64,000 nucleotides of DNA from an uncultured Desulfosarcina sp. (GCA_963674945.2 CAXXWQ010000004.1:2240001-2304000); one strand, 5' to 3'; counted from the first letter of the stretch, positions 1 through 10,076 are shown. Program-made: numbers and translations. Notes: generated from the letters alone by a model not told the origin.

Positions 1-62
1 CCGGTAAAATTTTTCACGCGCCTTGATCTCGACCAAATTTGCCTATTTCTGGACGGACACTG
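1..62. repeat. Right half of palindromic intergenic element, family C (cut by window edge)
   Basis: Near-identical to 59357-59418; ends ...GCCTATTTCTGGACGGACACTG. Confidence 0.85.
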
Positions 63-119
63 TTAGTGCCTCCGTATGAAGGAAAATAAAGAGAAACTCC
101 TAAAACAGATCGGGTTTCG

Positions 120-227
120 GACGGCTTCGTAAAAAGTTCGAGATTAAGGCTTGCGAGTCCCGAGGAATGAGGCGTACATAGAGTACGCCGCAGTGACGAG
201 GGGTGAAGCGTAACGCAGATATCCGAC
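120..227 (+). repeat. Palindromic MITE/REP-like element, family A, copy 1 (right end replaced by a family B element)
   Basis: Starts GACGGCTTCGTAAAAAG; aligns by eye with copies at 20857, 24952, 29438 and 57366. Confidence 0.9.
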
Positions 228-229
228 GT

Positions 230-382
230 CTAAGGAACTCGTTCATTTTTCCACTTAAAGGGGACTTTTCTATAAAAAGCTTTTCCCTCGCTTACATCTA
301 TCTGCAAAGGAAATGATAACGAGTTTCTTGCACGCGATTGTTTGGCCGTATTTGGCCTGGAAAAGCTTTTTACGAAGCCGTT
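230..382 (+). repeat. Intergenic element, family B, copy 1
   Basis: Colinear with the reverse complement of 35999-36152: CTAAGGnACTCGTTCA...AAAAAGCTTTTCC...GGAAAAGCTTTTTACGAAG. Confidence 0.85.
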
Positions 383-401
383 AAGCAAAGGAGTATTTAC
401 G

Positions 402-749
402 ATGGCAGTCATTACAAAGTATGTGGTGGTTCGAAATGGTGAAGAACTGGACAAGGAGTTCCTGGTAAAAAAAGAGGCCGAAGCCTACGATAAAATGCTC
501 GATGCGGCGGAAAATCTTGCCGCGTACATCAAGGATTCCGGACCAAAAGTCGGCATCGACGACGATACAATCGATGCGATTTGTGTCTTCCTGGCGAAAA
601 ACGGCCCCGAAGTCACCCGAATTCTAAAGGGCCTGAAACCCGCTACCCCCTCCCCGGAACCGTCCCAAACCGAAAAAGAGAAAGAACCCTCGTCCTCGCC
701 TACCACAAAGAAGGCCCCCGCTGCAAAGACGAAACCCAAAGGCAAATAG
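402..749 (+). CDS. YebG family protein
   Basis: MAVITKYVVVRNG...KKEAEAYDKMLD signature; AAGGAG RBS before ATG 402. Confidence 0.8.
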   Translation: MAVITKYVVVRNGEELDKEFLVKKEAEAYDKMLDAAENLAAYIKDSGPKVGIDDDTIDAICVFLAKNGPEVTRILKGLKPATPSPEPSQTEKEKEPSSSPTTKKAPAAKTKPKGK

Positions 750-758
750 CCGTTGTCC

Positions 759-992
759 ATGGACACCATTTCCAAAAAGGAAGCCGATCGGTGGGACCGT
801 GTGCTTGACGCCGCCGCCGAACTGGCCGATCTCATCGAATCCAGCGAAATCGAGATCGGCGAGTACGATCTGGAAGAGCTGACGATTTTTCTCGCTTCCA
901 ACGCCGCCGTCGTCCGTCAGATATTTCGGAGCCTCAAACGGACCCGGTCGTCACACCCCCCTGCTTCTCATGGCGACGATAATCACGGATGA
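759..992 (+). CDS. Short YebG-like paralogue
   Basis: SKKEADRWDRVLDAAAELADLI...LEELTIFLA aligns with the YebG core of the upstream gene. Confidence 0.6.
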   Translation: MDTISKKEADRWDRVLDAAAELADLIESSEIEIGEYDLEELTIFLASNAAVVRQIFRSLKRTRSSHPPASHGDDNHG

Positions 993-1046
993 TGGGATTC
1001 ATCCATAGGGATGAATGCGAACAGAGAACCGAAAAAGGAGAAAAAC

Positions 1047-1388
1047 ATGCCATATTTTTCCATTCGGACCAGCAAGACCGTGAATGAGCCCGAAAAACTG
1101 GCCCGGAAGGCGTCGGCATTCATTGCCGATCTCGTTGGAAAACCCGAGTCCTATGTCATGGCGGCCGTTCTTCCGGATACGGCCATGACTTTTGGCGGCA
1201 GCGCCCAACCGTCTGCCTTCATCGAGCTGAAAAGCCTCGGACTTGCGGAAGAGAAGTGCAGTCCGTATGCGGAAAAGATCTGCGCCTTCGTTCAAGCGGA
1301 GCTGGAGATCGAACCGAACCGTATCTTCATCGACTTTCCGGATATTCAGCGAACGCGGTTCGCCTGGAATGGAAAGACCTTCGGATAA
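1047..1388 (+). CDS. MIF/phenylpyruvate tautomerase family protein
   Basis: N-terminal Met-Pro, GKPESYVM, FGGS, AWNGKTF end; AAGGAG RBS. Confidence 0.85.
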   Translation: MPYFSIRTSKTVNEPEKLARKASAFIADLVGKPESYVMAAVLPDTAMTFGGSAQPSAFIELKSLGLAEEKCSPYAEKICAFVQAELEIEPNRIFIDFPDIQRTRFAWNGKTFG

Positions 1389-1406
1389 ACCATGGATGAG
1401 GGATTA

Positions 1407-1817
1407 TTAGAACTCGGGCGGTGCGGTCTGCAGCATCCAGGCTTTTCTATCTTCTGTATATCGCCACGTTTGTTCATACTGGATTTTCTTCACGATGCCC
1501 TTGTCAAGGAAAAAGTATTCGGTCTCTATTTTCTGACTTACTTCCTGCTTGTCTTCTGATATATCCGTGTCGAGTATCGTGTATTTGACGATTTTCACAT
1601 TATCGTAGCGTTCCACGCAGTCATCCCTGTCCATTATTGTCGGTGAGACGAACTGGCAGGCGGCATTGAAATCAGATAATCGCATGGTCGAATCGTAGGC
1701 GAACATGTTTCGTTCATATTCGTCCATTCTCGACTGACTGGAAAGGGCCGCACATCCCGCCGTCAGCAGACAGAAAAAAGATAGGCCGATGATTTTCTTT
1801 ATTTCAAAATGAGACAT
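1407..1817 (-). CDS. Hypothetical lipoprotein
   Basis: Hydrophobic leader with lipobox LTAGC; start uncertain. Confidence 0.6.
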   Translation of the reverse strand: MSHFEIKKIIGLSFFCLLTAGCAALSSQSRMDEYERNMFAYDSTMRLSDFNAACQFVSPTIMDRDDCVERYDNVKIVKYTILDTDISEDKQEVSQKIETEYFFLDKGIVKKIQYEQTWRYTEDRKAWMLQTAPPEF

Positions 1818-2169
1818 TTCGATGGCAGACTCCTTTTTATCGGTAATATTTTTCAAAAATGGCCAATTTTTCCAGTTCTATATGAACACGGATCCATGGT
1901 AACGGTCATAATCGGAAGGTAGTGCGATTGTCAATGAAGACCGTTATGACCTACATAAAAGAGTCCCATCCGTGCTCAGTGACGGCGAATTCAGGTAACT
2001 GCTCTTTGATATAGACCCTTTATGGTCTATGCTATTGCAAAGGCTTGAAAAAACCCCTTCGCCGGCATATGGAGGACCTTGGGTGCACGAATTCAATTTT
2101 TCCTCATTTTGTGGTAACGAAATTAGATCGAATGTCATCATCGAATACCCTAAGACCATGGGATCTTTT

Positions 2170-3612
2170 ATGACGCGCCGCTTTATTACCACACTGACGA
2201 TCATGCTCTGCCTGTTTTCGCCTGTGAGTCAGGCAAGCATACGCCACCCTCTCGATGGTCACCTGACGGACAACTACACCGGTGATCTGAATGAATTGTT
2301 GGAAAGAAAATACATCCGGGTGCTGACCACTTACAACAGGACCAATTTTTTCCTGGCCAATGGAAGGCTGCGGGGATTCGAGTACGCGCTCGTCCAGAGG
2401 TATCAGAAAGCACTCAATAAAAATATCCCGAAAAAGGAGCTTCAAGTCGTGTTCGAATTCATTCCGGTATCCCGCGATCGCCTGATTTCCGGTCTGATCG
2501 AAGGGTACGGCGACATTGCCGCAGCGGGTCTCACCGTCACTGCCGAAAGAAAGCAAAAGGTCGACTTCACGACTGCCTATCTCAGCGGCATCGATGAAGT
2601 CCTCGTAACATACAAAACGGTTCCCGCCGTTTCAACGCCCTCGGCGCTTGCCGGAAAAAGCCTTTATATACGTAAGAGCAGCAGTTATTACGAAAGTGTG
2701 ATGGCACTTAACAGGCGGCTTCGTGAACAGGGAAAACGGCCGGTACAAATCCTACGTGCCGATGAGAACCTTGAGACGGAGGATATCCTGGAACTGGTGA
2801 ACATCGGTGCCATCTCCCAAACCGTCTGCGACAGTCATATGGCCGATGCGTGGGCGGAGGTTCTCCCGGATATTCGGGTCAATCATAACGTTCGTTTCCG
2901 GCAAGGTGGAAAAATCGCCTGGGCCATCCGGAAACACAGCCCAAAACTCAAAGAGAGCCTGGACCGATTCATCCGGTCCCATCGAAAAGGGACCTTGTTG
3001 GGTAACATTTATTTCAATCGCTATTTTGAAAACACGTCGTGGATAAAAAACCCGCTGGACGGTGGAGCCGAAAAACGCCTGGCCACTTATGCCCCACTGT
3101 TTAAAACCTATGGTGAACAATATGGTTTCGACTGGCGTCTGATCGCCGCCATGGCCTATCAGGAATCCGGCTTTAATAATAACAAGGTCAGCCCACGAGG
3201 CGCCGTGGGGATCATGCAGATTCGACCCGCCACCGCCGCCGACCCCAACGTGGGGATCACCGATATTCGCAATTTGGAGAACAACATCAACGCCGGGACC
3301 AAGTATCTCTCGTTTCTTCAAAGCCGTTATTTTGACGATGCAAAGATCCCTCTCCAGGACCAGGTCCGCTTCAGCCTGGCAGCGTATAACGCAGGTCCGG
3401 TCAAGATCCGCCGCGGACGTAATATGGCAAAGGATATGGGTCTGGACCCCAATCGATGGTTTCGAAACGTGGAGATCGCCATGCTCGAAGTCGTCGGGCA
3501 GGAGACAGTCCGGTACGTGAGCAACATCAATAAATATTATGTGGTATACAAAAATGCCTTCGAGCGGGTCGAAAAACGAAAAGAAGCCATTTTGGACGCG
3601 GAAAGAAAATAA
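2170..3612 (+). CDS. MltF-like lytic transglycosylase (substrate-binding domain + SLT domain)
   Basis: GFEYAL, GDIAAAGLTVT, AYQESG, GAVGIMQI, LAAYNAG motifs; start uncertain. Confidence 0.85.
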   Translation: MTRRFITTLTIMLCLFSPVSQASIRHPLDGHLTDNYTGDLNELLERKYIRVLTTYNRTNFFLANGRLRGFEYALVQRYQKALNKNIPKKELQVVFEFIPVSRDRLISGLIEGYGDIAAAGLTVTAERKQKVDFTTAYLSGIDEVLVTYKTVPAVSTPSALAGKSLYIRKSSSYYESVMALNRRLREQGKRPVQILRADENLETEDILELVNIGAISQTVCDSHMADAWAEVLPDIRVNHNVRFRQGGKIAWAIRKHSPKLKESLDRFIRSHRKGTLLGNIYFNRYFENTSWIKNPLDGGAEKRLATYAPLFKTYGEQYGFDWRLIAAMAYQESGFNNNKVSPRGAVGIMQIRPATAADPNVGITDIRNLENNINAGTKYLSFLQSRYFDDAKIPLQDQVRFSLAAYNAGPVKIRRGRNMAKDMGLDPNRWFRNVEIAMLEVVGQETVRYVSNINKYYVVYKNAFERVEKRKEAILDAERK

Positions 3613-3625
3613 TATGGAGGATCCA

Positions 3626-6139
3626 ATGCCCCAACCCGTCACACCAATTGCCTATCGTCTCACCATCGAACCGGACCTGGATCGTTTCGATTTCAGCGGT
3701 CGGGTGACCCTTTCCGCCAATGCCCAGGCCACTTTGGATACGATTACCCTGGACTGTGCGGAACTGGCCGTCGAAAAGTGCCAACTGGCGGTGAATGGCC
3801 CGGATGGGAAAAATGTATCGTGCCCCTTTACCCTGTATCCGGAAAAGGAGAATCTCACCATCCATTTTGCCGAACCCGTAACCGGCGAATTCGACCTGAC
3901 CATTGACTATGCGGGAAAAATCAACGATCGTATGGCCGGTTTTTATCGAAGCCGCATCGGTGTCGACGGCGGGCCGTCTCACATCGCCATCACCCAGTTT
4001 CAGGAAAGCGATGCCCGTCGCGCCTTTCCCTGCCTGGATCATCCAGCGCAAAAGGCGATCTTCTCCGTCTGCCTGGTAATCGAAAATGCGCTGACCGCCA
4101 TTTCAAATACCGATGTGCAACGTGTCGAGGCACTGGAAAACGGAAAACGCCGCATCACCTTTCATCCCACGCCAAAGATGTCCACCTATCTTCTGTTCTT
4201 CGGCGTGGGCCCATTTGAAATCCATGAAGATCCTGTCGATCCAAGGGTTCGTGCCGTCTGTCTGCCGAAAATGGGAGACCAGACCGAATTCGGGCGGGAA
4301 TTCGGACGAAAGGCCCTGGCCTACGGCGAATCATATTACGGGATTGACTACCCGCTGACCAAGATGGATCTGATCGCCGTCCCCGATTTCGCCTTCGGCG
4401 CCATGGAGAACTGGGGCGCCATCACCTTCCGGGAAAATCTATTGCTCAATGTGCCCGGCGTGACTTCGAGGGAAGCACAGTCTCGAATCTGCGAGGTGAT
4501 CGCCCACGAGATCGCCCATCAATGGTTCGGCAACCTGGTAACGCCAAAAAGATGGAAGTACCTGTGGCTGAACGAAAGCTTCGCCACCTACTTCGGATAT
4601 GGCATGGTGAACCATTACCACCGTGACTGGGGGGTGTGGCACCAGTTCGTCAGGGGACAGACCGAAACGGCCATGACCCGGGATGCCTTTATGGAAACAT
4701 TTGCCATCGAGATGCCGGGAGGAACGGATGTGGCCATCACCACCAGTACGGCGCCCATCATCTACAGCAAAGGAGGCAGTGTCCTGCGGCAGTTGGAGGC
4801 CTGGATTGGTCCAGATCATTTTAAAGCGGGTCTCAGGCGGTATCTGACGGCCTTCGCATACGATTGTGCCGCCAGCCATCATCTTTGGGAGTCATTTGCC
4901 ACCGTCTCCGGCATGCCTGTCGACAAATTGATGCAAAATTGGGTCACCCAACCGGGTTTTCCCATGATCATCGCCGACCGCCAAGGCGACACCATCACCC
5001 TTTCCCAGCGGCGATTCTCCTTTATTCCCAACGATGAGGAACAAAGATGGATGATTCCCGTATCCGTGACGACTTACACAACAGATGGCGCGCCAGAGAA
5101 AAAGACACTGTTGATGGAGACGGCAAACGCCGAGATGACCCTTTCCCCGGAAACGGTAACGTACAAGATCAACACCGATCAGACCGGTTTTTACCATGTG
5201 CTCTACCGGGATGCGGACAATCTGACCCGACTGGGTGATATGGTGAAAAAAGGAACCCTTTCTCCCCTGGACCGGTGGGGATTGCAGAACGACCTGTTTG
5301 CCCTGGCCAAGGCAGGAGACGCCACCATGATGGAGTTTTTGCACATGGCCAACAACTTTTTTAGCGATCACGATTACTTGCCAATTTCCAGCCTGATCGG
5401 CCACCTGTTCGAGACCATTATGGTACTGACGGGAGATATTCGATCCAGGGCCGTTCAGACGGCTGAGACGCTGACCATTTCTGCTCTCGATACCATCGGT
5501 TGGGCACCCGATTCCAGAGAATCCCAGACAACAGCCATGCTACGGGACCAGCTTTTTGCCCAAGGCGCGTTGATGGGCAATGGCAAAATTCTCGACTATC
5601 TGGCCGACCTTTTTGATGCCTGGTCAAACGGAACCGCCATTGTCCCCGATCTGGCAAGGAGTGTGCTCACCGCCGGTGCCGTTTCCAAAGGACAGACAGC
5701 TCTGGATCTTTTGGTTCGTCGTTTTGAAAAAAGTCACACCGAGCATGAGCGCATGACCATCGCGGGAGCACTGGGAAGTATCGGCAAATGGCCGGTCCTG
5801 AAGAAAGCACTGGCCTATGCACTGGAAACAATTCCGGACCGTATTCGCTTCATGCCCCTGGTATCGTCGGCCGGTAACCCGGCGGGTGCAGACCGGCTCT
5901 GGCATTGGTTTGAAGAAAACATGCCAGCCATGCAACGCATGCACCCCTTGCTGCTGGAACGGGTTGTGGCGGCCATGGTCCCCGTTCCCGGCCTGGCGGA
6001 CCCGGATCGAACCCGCAGTTACTGCAATGGACTGGTGGAGAAACAGCCTCGACTCAAGGATGTGATCGCACTTTCCCTGGAGCGCCTTAGCGTTAACATG
6101 GGATGGCGCGACCGAGAACGAAATATGACGGCTCCGTAA
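3626..6139 (+). CDS. M1 family zinc aminopeptidase
   Basis: GAMENWG and HEIAH-x18-E (WLNESFA); GGAGG RBS before 3626. Confidence 0.92.
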   Translation: MPQPVTPIAYRLTIEPDLDRFDFSGRVTLSANAQATLDTITLDCAELAVEKCQLAVNGPDGKNVSCPFTLYPEKENLTIHFAEPVTGEFDLTIDYAGKINDRMAGFYRSRIGVDGGPSHIAITQFQESDARRAFPCLDHPAQKAIFSVCLVIENALTAISNTDVQRVEALENGKRRITFHPTPKMSTYLLFFGVGPFEIHEDPVDPRVRAVCLPKMGDQTEFGREFGRKALAYGESYYGIDYPLTKMDLIAVPDFAFGAMENWGAITFRENLLLNVPGVTSREAQSRICEVIAHEIAHQWFGNLVTPKRWKYLWLNESFATYFGYGMVNHYHRDWGVWHQFVRGQTETAMTRDAFMETFAIEMPGGTDVAITTSTAPIIYSKGGSVLRQLEAWIGPDHFKAGLRRYLTAFAYDCAASHHLWESFATVSGMPVDKLMQNWVTQPGFPMIIADRQGDTITLSQRRFSFIPNDEEQRWMIPVSVTTYTTDGAPEKKTLLMETANAEMTLSPETVTYKINTDQTGFYHVLYRDADNLTRLGDMVKKGTLSPLDRWGLQNDLFALAKAGDATMMEFLHMANNFFSDHDYLPISSLIGHLFETIMVLTGDIRSRAVQTAETLTISALDTIGWAPDSRESQTTAMLRDQLFAQGALMGNGKILDYLADLFDAWSNGTAIVPDLARSVLTAGAVSKGQTALDLLVRRFEKSHTEHERMTIAGALGSIGKWPVLKKALAYALETIPDRIRFMPLVSSAGNPAGADRLWHWFEENMPAMQRMHPLLLERVVAAMVPVPGLADPDRTRSYCNGLVEKQPRLKDVIALSLERLSVNMGWRDRERNMTAP

Positions 6140-6192
6140 AAAATCTCTTTTGATTTGTATTGATGAATGAGTTTTCTATAAGTTTGAAAAAA

Positions 6193-7572
6193 ATGAGAAG
6201 CCAGAATACTTCTTTCAACCCTTCCAGGATCTTCATGGTGGACGGTTTGCGAAGGTTTTGGGCTACGGTTCTGATCCTTTCGTTTCTTTTGGTACTTGCC
6301 GGTGCCTTGGCCATCCCCTTTGTCTTCGAATCGCCTTCCATGTGGTACAAATTCGGCATGGAGAAAATCAGCCTGCGAAGCGGAAAAATGATGGGCATGG
6401 CCGCAGGCCTTCTTCTTCTGGTCCAGCTCCCGCTGGCCGGCAGGCTAAAGACACTGGATCGCATCTTCTCTTTGCCCCTTCTCATGCGGCAGCATCGTAT
6501 CCATGCATGGGCGGTCTTTGTGCTGGCACTGCTTCATCCATTTTGTGTGCTGCTGGCCGAGGGTACGATCGTGGTTCCTCTCGAGGCGCGCTACTGGCCG
6601 GAGTGGATCGGGGTGGCCCTTTGGGTCTTCGTCCTGGTTCAGTTCGTTACCAGCCGGTGGCGAAAACCATTGGGCATCTCCTTTCACCGGTGGCTGATGT
6701 TTCACCGTTTCATTGGATTGCTGGTAGCAATTCTCCTGGTTCTTCATGTCTTGTATGTAAGCGAAACGTTTACCGATGAGGAAATTCCCAGCCGTTGGGT
6801 GCTCGTCACCGCTACTCTTTTTGGAGTGGTTTGGCTGTGGGTGCGAACCGGCCGGTTCCGTCAGCGCAAAAACAGATATACGGTGTCCCGTATCGAACCG
6901 ACGGGAAGCGACGCCACCATGGTGGAAATGGCACCCGTATCACCAGGATCATTTACCTATGCTCCCGGGCAATTCGCCTTCCTCTCCTTTCACAATACGG
7001 CCATCTCCAAAGAGCCCCACCCCTTTACCGTCGCCTCGGCACCCAACGAAAATGGAACGCTTCAATTCGTAATTCGATCCTGTGGCGACTGGACACGGAA
7101 ACTGGAGTACATAAGGCCCGGCGATAAGGTCCTGGTCCAGGGACCCTTCGGTCATTTCAGCCACCTGTATGCCGCCGCGGATCAGGAATTGATCTTCATC
7201 GCCGGGGGAATCGGCATCACCCCCATGCTCAGCATGCTCCGTTTCATGGCCGATCGGGAAGATACGCGGCCCGTCACCCTCATCTGGAGCAACCGAAGCC
7301 CGGAACACATCGTCCTTGCCGAAGAGATGGATCGGCTGGCCGACAAATTGACAGGCCTGCACCGGGTTCCTATCTTTACGCGTAATACGACCATAGAGGA
7401 GCGTAGCGGTCGATTGAACCGAACCATGTTGGCGTCGATCCTTTCAGGATGCAGCCGACGCGCTGCCGTTTTCATCTGCGGGCCATATCCGATGATGGCC
7501 CGGTTGAAAGCGGATCTAAGGGCACTGGGCTTTCCCACCGGTTCCATTTTCAGTGAAGCATTTGGCCTTTAG
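6193..7572 (+). CDS. Ferric-reductase-like membrane protein fused to FAD/NAD(P)-binding oxidoreductase
   Basis: His-containing TM helices, HPFT, GPFG, IAGGIGITP, CGP and terminal EAF motifs. Confidence 0.85.
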   Translation: MRSQNTSFNPSRIFMVDGLRRFWATVLILSFLLVLAGALAIPFVFESPSMWYKFGMEKISLRSGKMMGMAAGLLLLVQLPLAGRLKTLDRIFSLPLLMRQHRIHAWAVFVLALLHPFCVLLAEGTIVVPLEARYWPEWIGVALWVFVLVQFVTSRWRKPLGISFHRWLMFHRFIGLLVAILLVLHVLYVSETFTDEEIPSRWVLVTATLFGVVWLWVRTGRFRQRKNRYTVSRIEPTGSDATMVEMAPVSPGSFTYAPGQFAFLSFHNTAISKEPHPFTVASAPNENGTLQFVIRSCGDWTRKLEYIRPGDKVLVQGPFGHFSHLYAAADQELIFIAGGIGITPMLSMLRFMADREDTRPVTLIWSNRSPEHIVLAEEMDRLADKLTGLHRVPIFTRNTTIEERSGRLNRTMLASILSGCSRRAAVFICGPYPMMARLKADLRALGFPTGSIFSEAFGL

Positions 7573-7707
7573 ATTTTTGTACCATCGACCGGCGTAAACG
7601 ACATAAGACAATAAAAATAAACGCCATATCTTGAGGCCCGGCTGTAGGCTCCGCCTGGAAAGGGGATTCACGCTGATCGCGAAATATTGGGGGCGTCAGA
7701 AGTCTGT

Positions 7708-7887
7708 ATTCAGGAGCCAGAATGTAGTTAGTGTCGCTTCGCTCCTTTGATTGGATAGGATGGCTCGCGCCGAAGGCGAAATCCTTCTTCTGAATTCTCG
7801 TATGAAACTACGCCAAAATGGCATAGTTACAGTTGTCGTTCAAACCGGCCAAAGGTCGGCGGCAGCGCTGGATTCTGACTCCTGAAT
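7708..7887. repeat. Intergenic segment bounded by a 16-bp inverted repeat
   Basis: ATTCAGGAGCCAGAAT (7708-7723) and ATTCTGACTCCTGAAT (7872-7887), one mismatch. Confidence 0.6.
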
Positions 7888-7982
7888 TCTTATGACAATA
7901 TTGCGACTGCGCCATTTATCTTTCGACCTGGCCCAGAGAGAAAGGTCCTATGGATTGAAAGAACTCACTATAGGAGGTACAT

Positions 7983-8579
7983 ATGAAAAAAAATTTTAAG
8001 AATGCATTGTTGGTCCTGTTTCTGATCGCTTTTTCCGCGTCGGCCCAAGCCAAGGCGCCACAATGGGAATTGGACCCGGCCCACTCCGGCATCTATTTCG
8101 GTGTGAACCACATCTACTCGACAACACGAGGCTATTTCGAGGATTTTACAGGCACGGTGATGTTCTCGCCCGATGACCTTGCCGGCAGCCGCTTCGATTT
8201 CCAGGTGATGGTAAAAAGCATAAACACGGGAAACGGAAAGCGCGACGGACACCTGAACTCCGGTGATTTTTTCGATGCGAAGAAATACCCGAAGATGACA
8301 TTCACATCTACCAAAGTAAAACACAAAAAAGACAACATGTACGAGGTGGAAGGAAGGTTGACGGTAAAAGATGTCACCAAACCAATTTCGGTGCCCTTTA
8401 CCTTGCTTGGAGTGAAGGAGCACCCCTTCGACAAAGGCTCAAAAGTTGCCGGATTCGAGGCCCGCATGACCATCGACCGTCTGGCCTACCATGTGGGAGG
8501 CGGCAAGTTTTACGACATGGGAGTGGTGGGAAAGGATGTGGACGTGCTCATCACCCTGGAGGTCACTCGGAAAAAGTAA
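7983..8579 (+). CDS. YceI family periplasmic protein
   Basis: Signal peptide, WELDPAHS, SINTGNGKRDGHL-x-SGDFFD; AGGAGG RBS. Confidence 0.92.
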   Translation: MKKNFKNALLVLFLIAFSASAQAKAPQWELDPAHSGIYFGVNHIYSTTRGYFEDFTGTVMFSPDDLAGSRFDFQVMVKSINTGNGKRDGHLNSGDFFDAKKYPKMTFTSTKVKHKKDNMYEVEGRLTVKDVTKPISVPFTLLGVKEHPFDKGSKVAGFEARMTIDRLAYHVGGGKFYDMGVVGKDVDVLITLEVTRKK

Positions 8580-8698
8580 TGTATTTGATTCCTCACTCAC
8601 TGCATAGGAGATCAATTGCCGAACGGCCGCGAGATGGCCTGCATCTCGCGGTCCGGTGCAAAGCAGGGGTGGCGTCAAAATTAGATTCCTTTTCATAC

Positions 8699-8768
8699 AT
8701 ATAAAGTCGCGCATAACCTGCGGGGAAGAGCCGGATGGTTTTCCCCGCAGGTTATGCGCTTGTTATGT
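8699..8768 (-). other. Degenerate attC recombination site
   Basis: ACATAAC overlapping the stop codon, 5-nt spacer, CATAACC...GGTTATG, 6-nt spacer, TTTATAT where GTT is expected. Confidence 0.6.
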
Positions 8769-8933
8769 GGTGATTTCACATTTCATTAATAAACAACCGT
8801 GTTCATGTTTAATAAACTCATTTCCTCGTAATTCAACCTTCTGTACAACTTCGAATCCAGTACTTTCATAAAGAGGTATTGACAATGTGTTATCTGCGAA
8901 GACGATTAGACTCAGTGCACTGTATCCATACCG
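8763..8933 (-). pseudogene. C-terminal fragment of a GNAT acetyltransferase
   Basis: LSLIVFADNTLSIPLYESTGF resembles GNAT motif B; N-terminal part absent. Confidence 0.65.
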
Positions 8934-9267
8934 GACGGATCGGGCGGCTCTCCCTGGAAAAGAGCATCTCAATTGTCATGCCGGAATTGCCGTATTTGAA
9001 GTATTAAATCGACGGGTTAATAAGTGAAAAAACGAGGTCTGAGTTTTTCCGCTTCCCGGGCCGGCCGCGTCAAAACCGGACCGACGCAGCTTGGTGGGTG
9101 TGAATAGATATCACTTTCTTACGCTACCATAGAAGGCGGCTTCCTGATTGTAGCGAAATGGGGTCACCCATTAAAGGGCGACCCCAAGCCCATAGTGCCG
9201 TCGGACCACTTGTCATTCTTTTCGGTCAAGTTGTTCAGTATCGTCATTCCAATGAAAGGTTTATCCT

Positions 9268-9660
9268 TCAATTTTCTTTTGCAATAAATTCTGCGACTTC
9301 TTGCCACCAACGCAGTTCTGATTCTACCGGTACTTCATTGTGTCCGGCATTCTCAAACAGCCATAGCTTCTTCTCTATAGTTATTGATTCATACAGATTT
9401 CTTCCATGTTTCACTGGAATAACTTCGTCGTTTTTGGCGAGCAAAACGGCTATTCTTCCATTATATCTTTTCAAATTATCAATGTTGTTATACTTGTCCT
9501 TAACCAACCACCGAGTTGGAAAGTACCAGTAGTGTGTTTGAGCCAAATTCGGTAGCGTATCCCAAGGCAAAAAAAGAACTACTCCTTTGACAGAAATCTC
9601 AGTTTGACCGACAGCGTTAGACACAACGCCACATCCAAGTGACTCACCCCAGATGAATAG
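9268..9660 (-). pseudogene. 5'-truncated alpha/beta hydrolase
   Basis: Frame reads LFIWGESLGCG (nucleophile elbow), DEVIP, AGHN; no start or N-terminal half. Confidence 0.75.
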
Positions 9661-10076
9661 CGGTTCTCCCGCGCTCGGCCGGGTCGGGCCGCGCTAACCA
9701 ATTGACATTACGAAATTATTAGCTTAAAAAGAGGATCAAAATAAGCTTAATCCACTGTTTTTAGCCCCAAAAACAAGCGTTTAAGGAAATCACTACGAAA
9801 TGGCTCGGGCTAAGAGGCACTATATTCCAGGTCACGTCTGGCATATTACCCATAGATCCTGGTAACACGTACTTATGGGATCAATGAAAAAATACCTTAA
9901 CCTGCTGTTTTTCACCATAAAAAGGGTTGATTTAGAACATTCTGGGACCTAATATTTGCCTCTTTTCTCTATATTACAGTGGGTTCCTGCGGCCCGCCCC
10001 CCCTTTTTTTATTTCTTGCTTCTTATCCATATTTTCATATTCGTGTGATTCGTGCCATTCGTGGTTAAATAATGAA

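Noticed and set aside
342..401. N-terminal ORF extensions at 342-401 and 36136-36204
   Set aside because: They begin inside family B repeats; downstream ATGs (402, 36205) have better RBS and fit the family starts.
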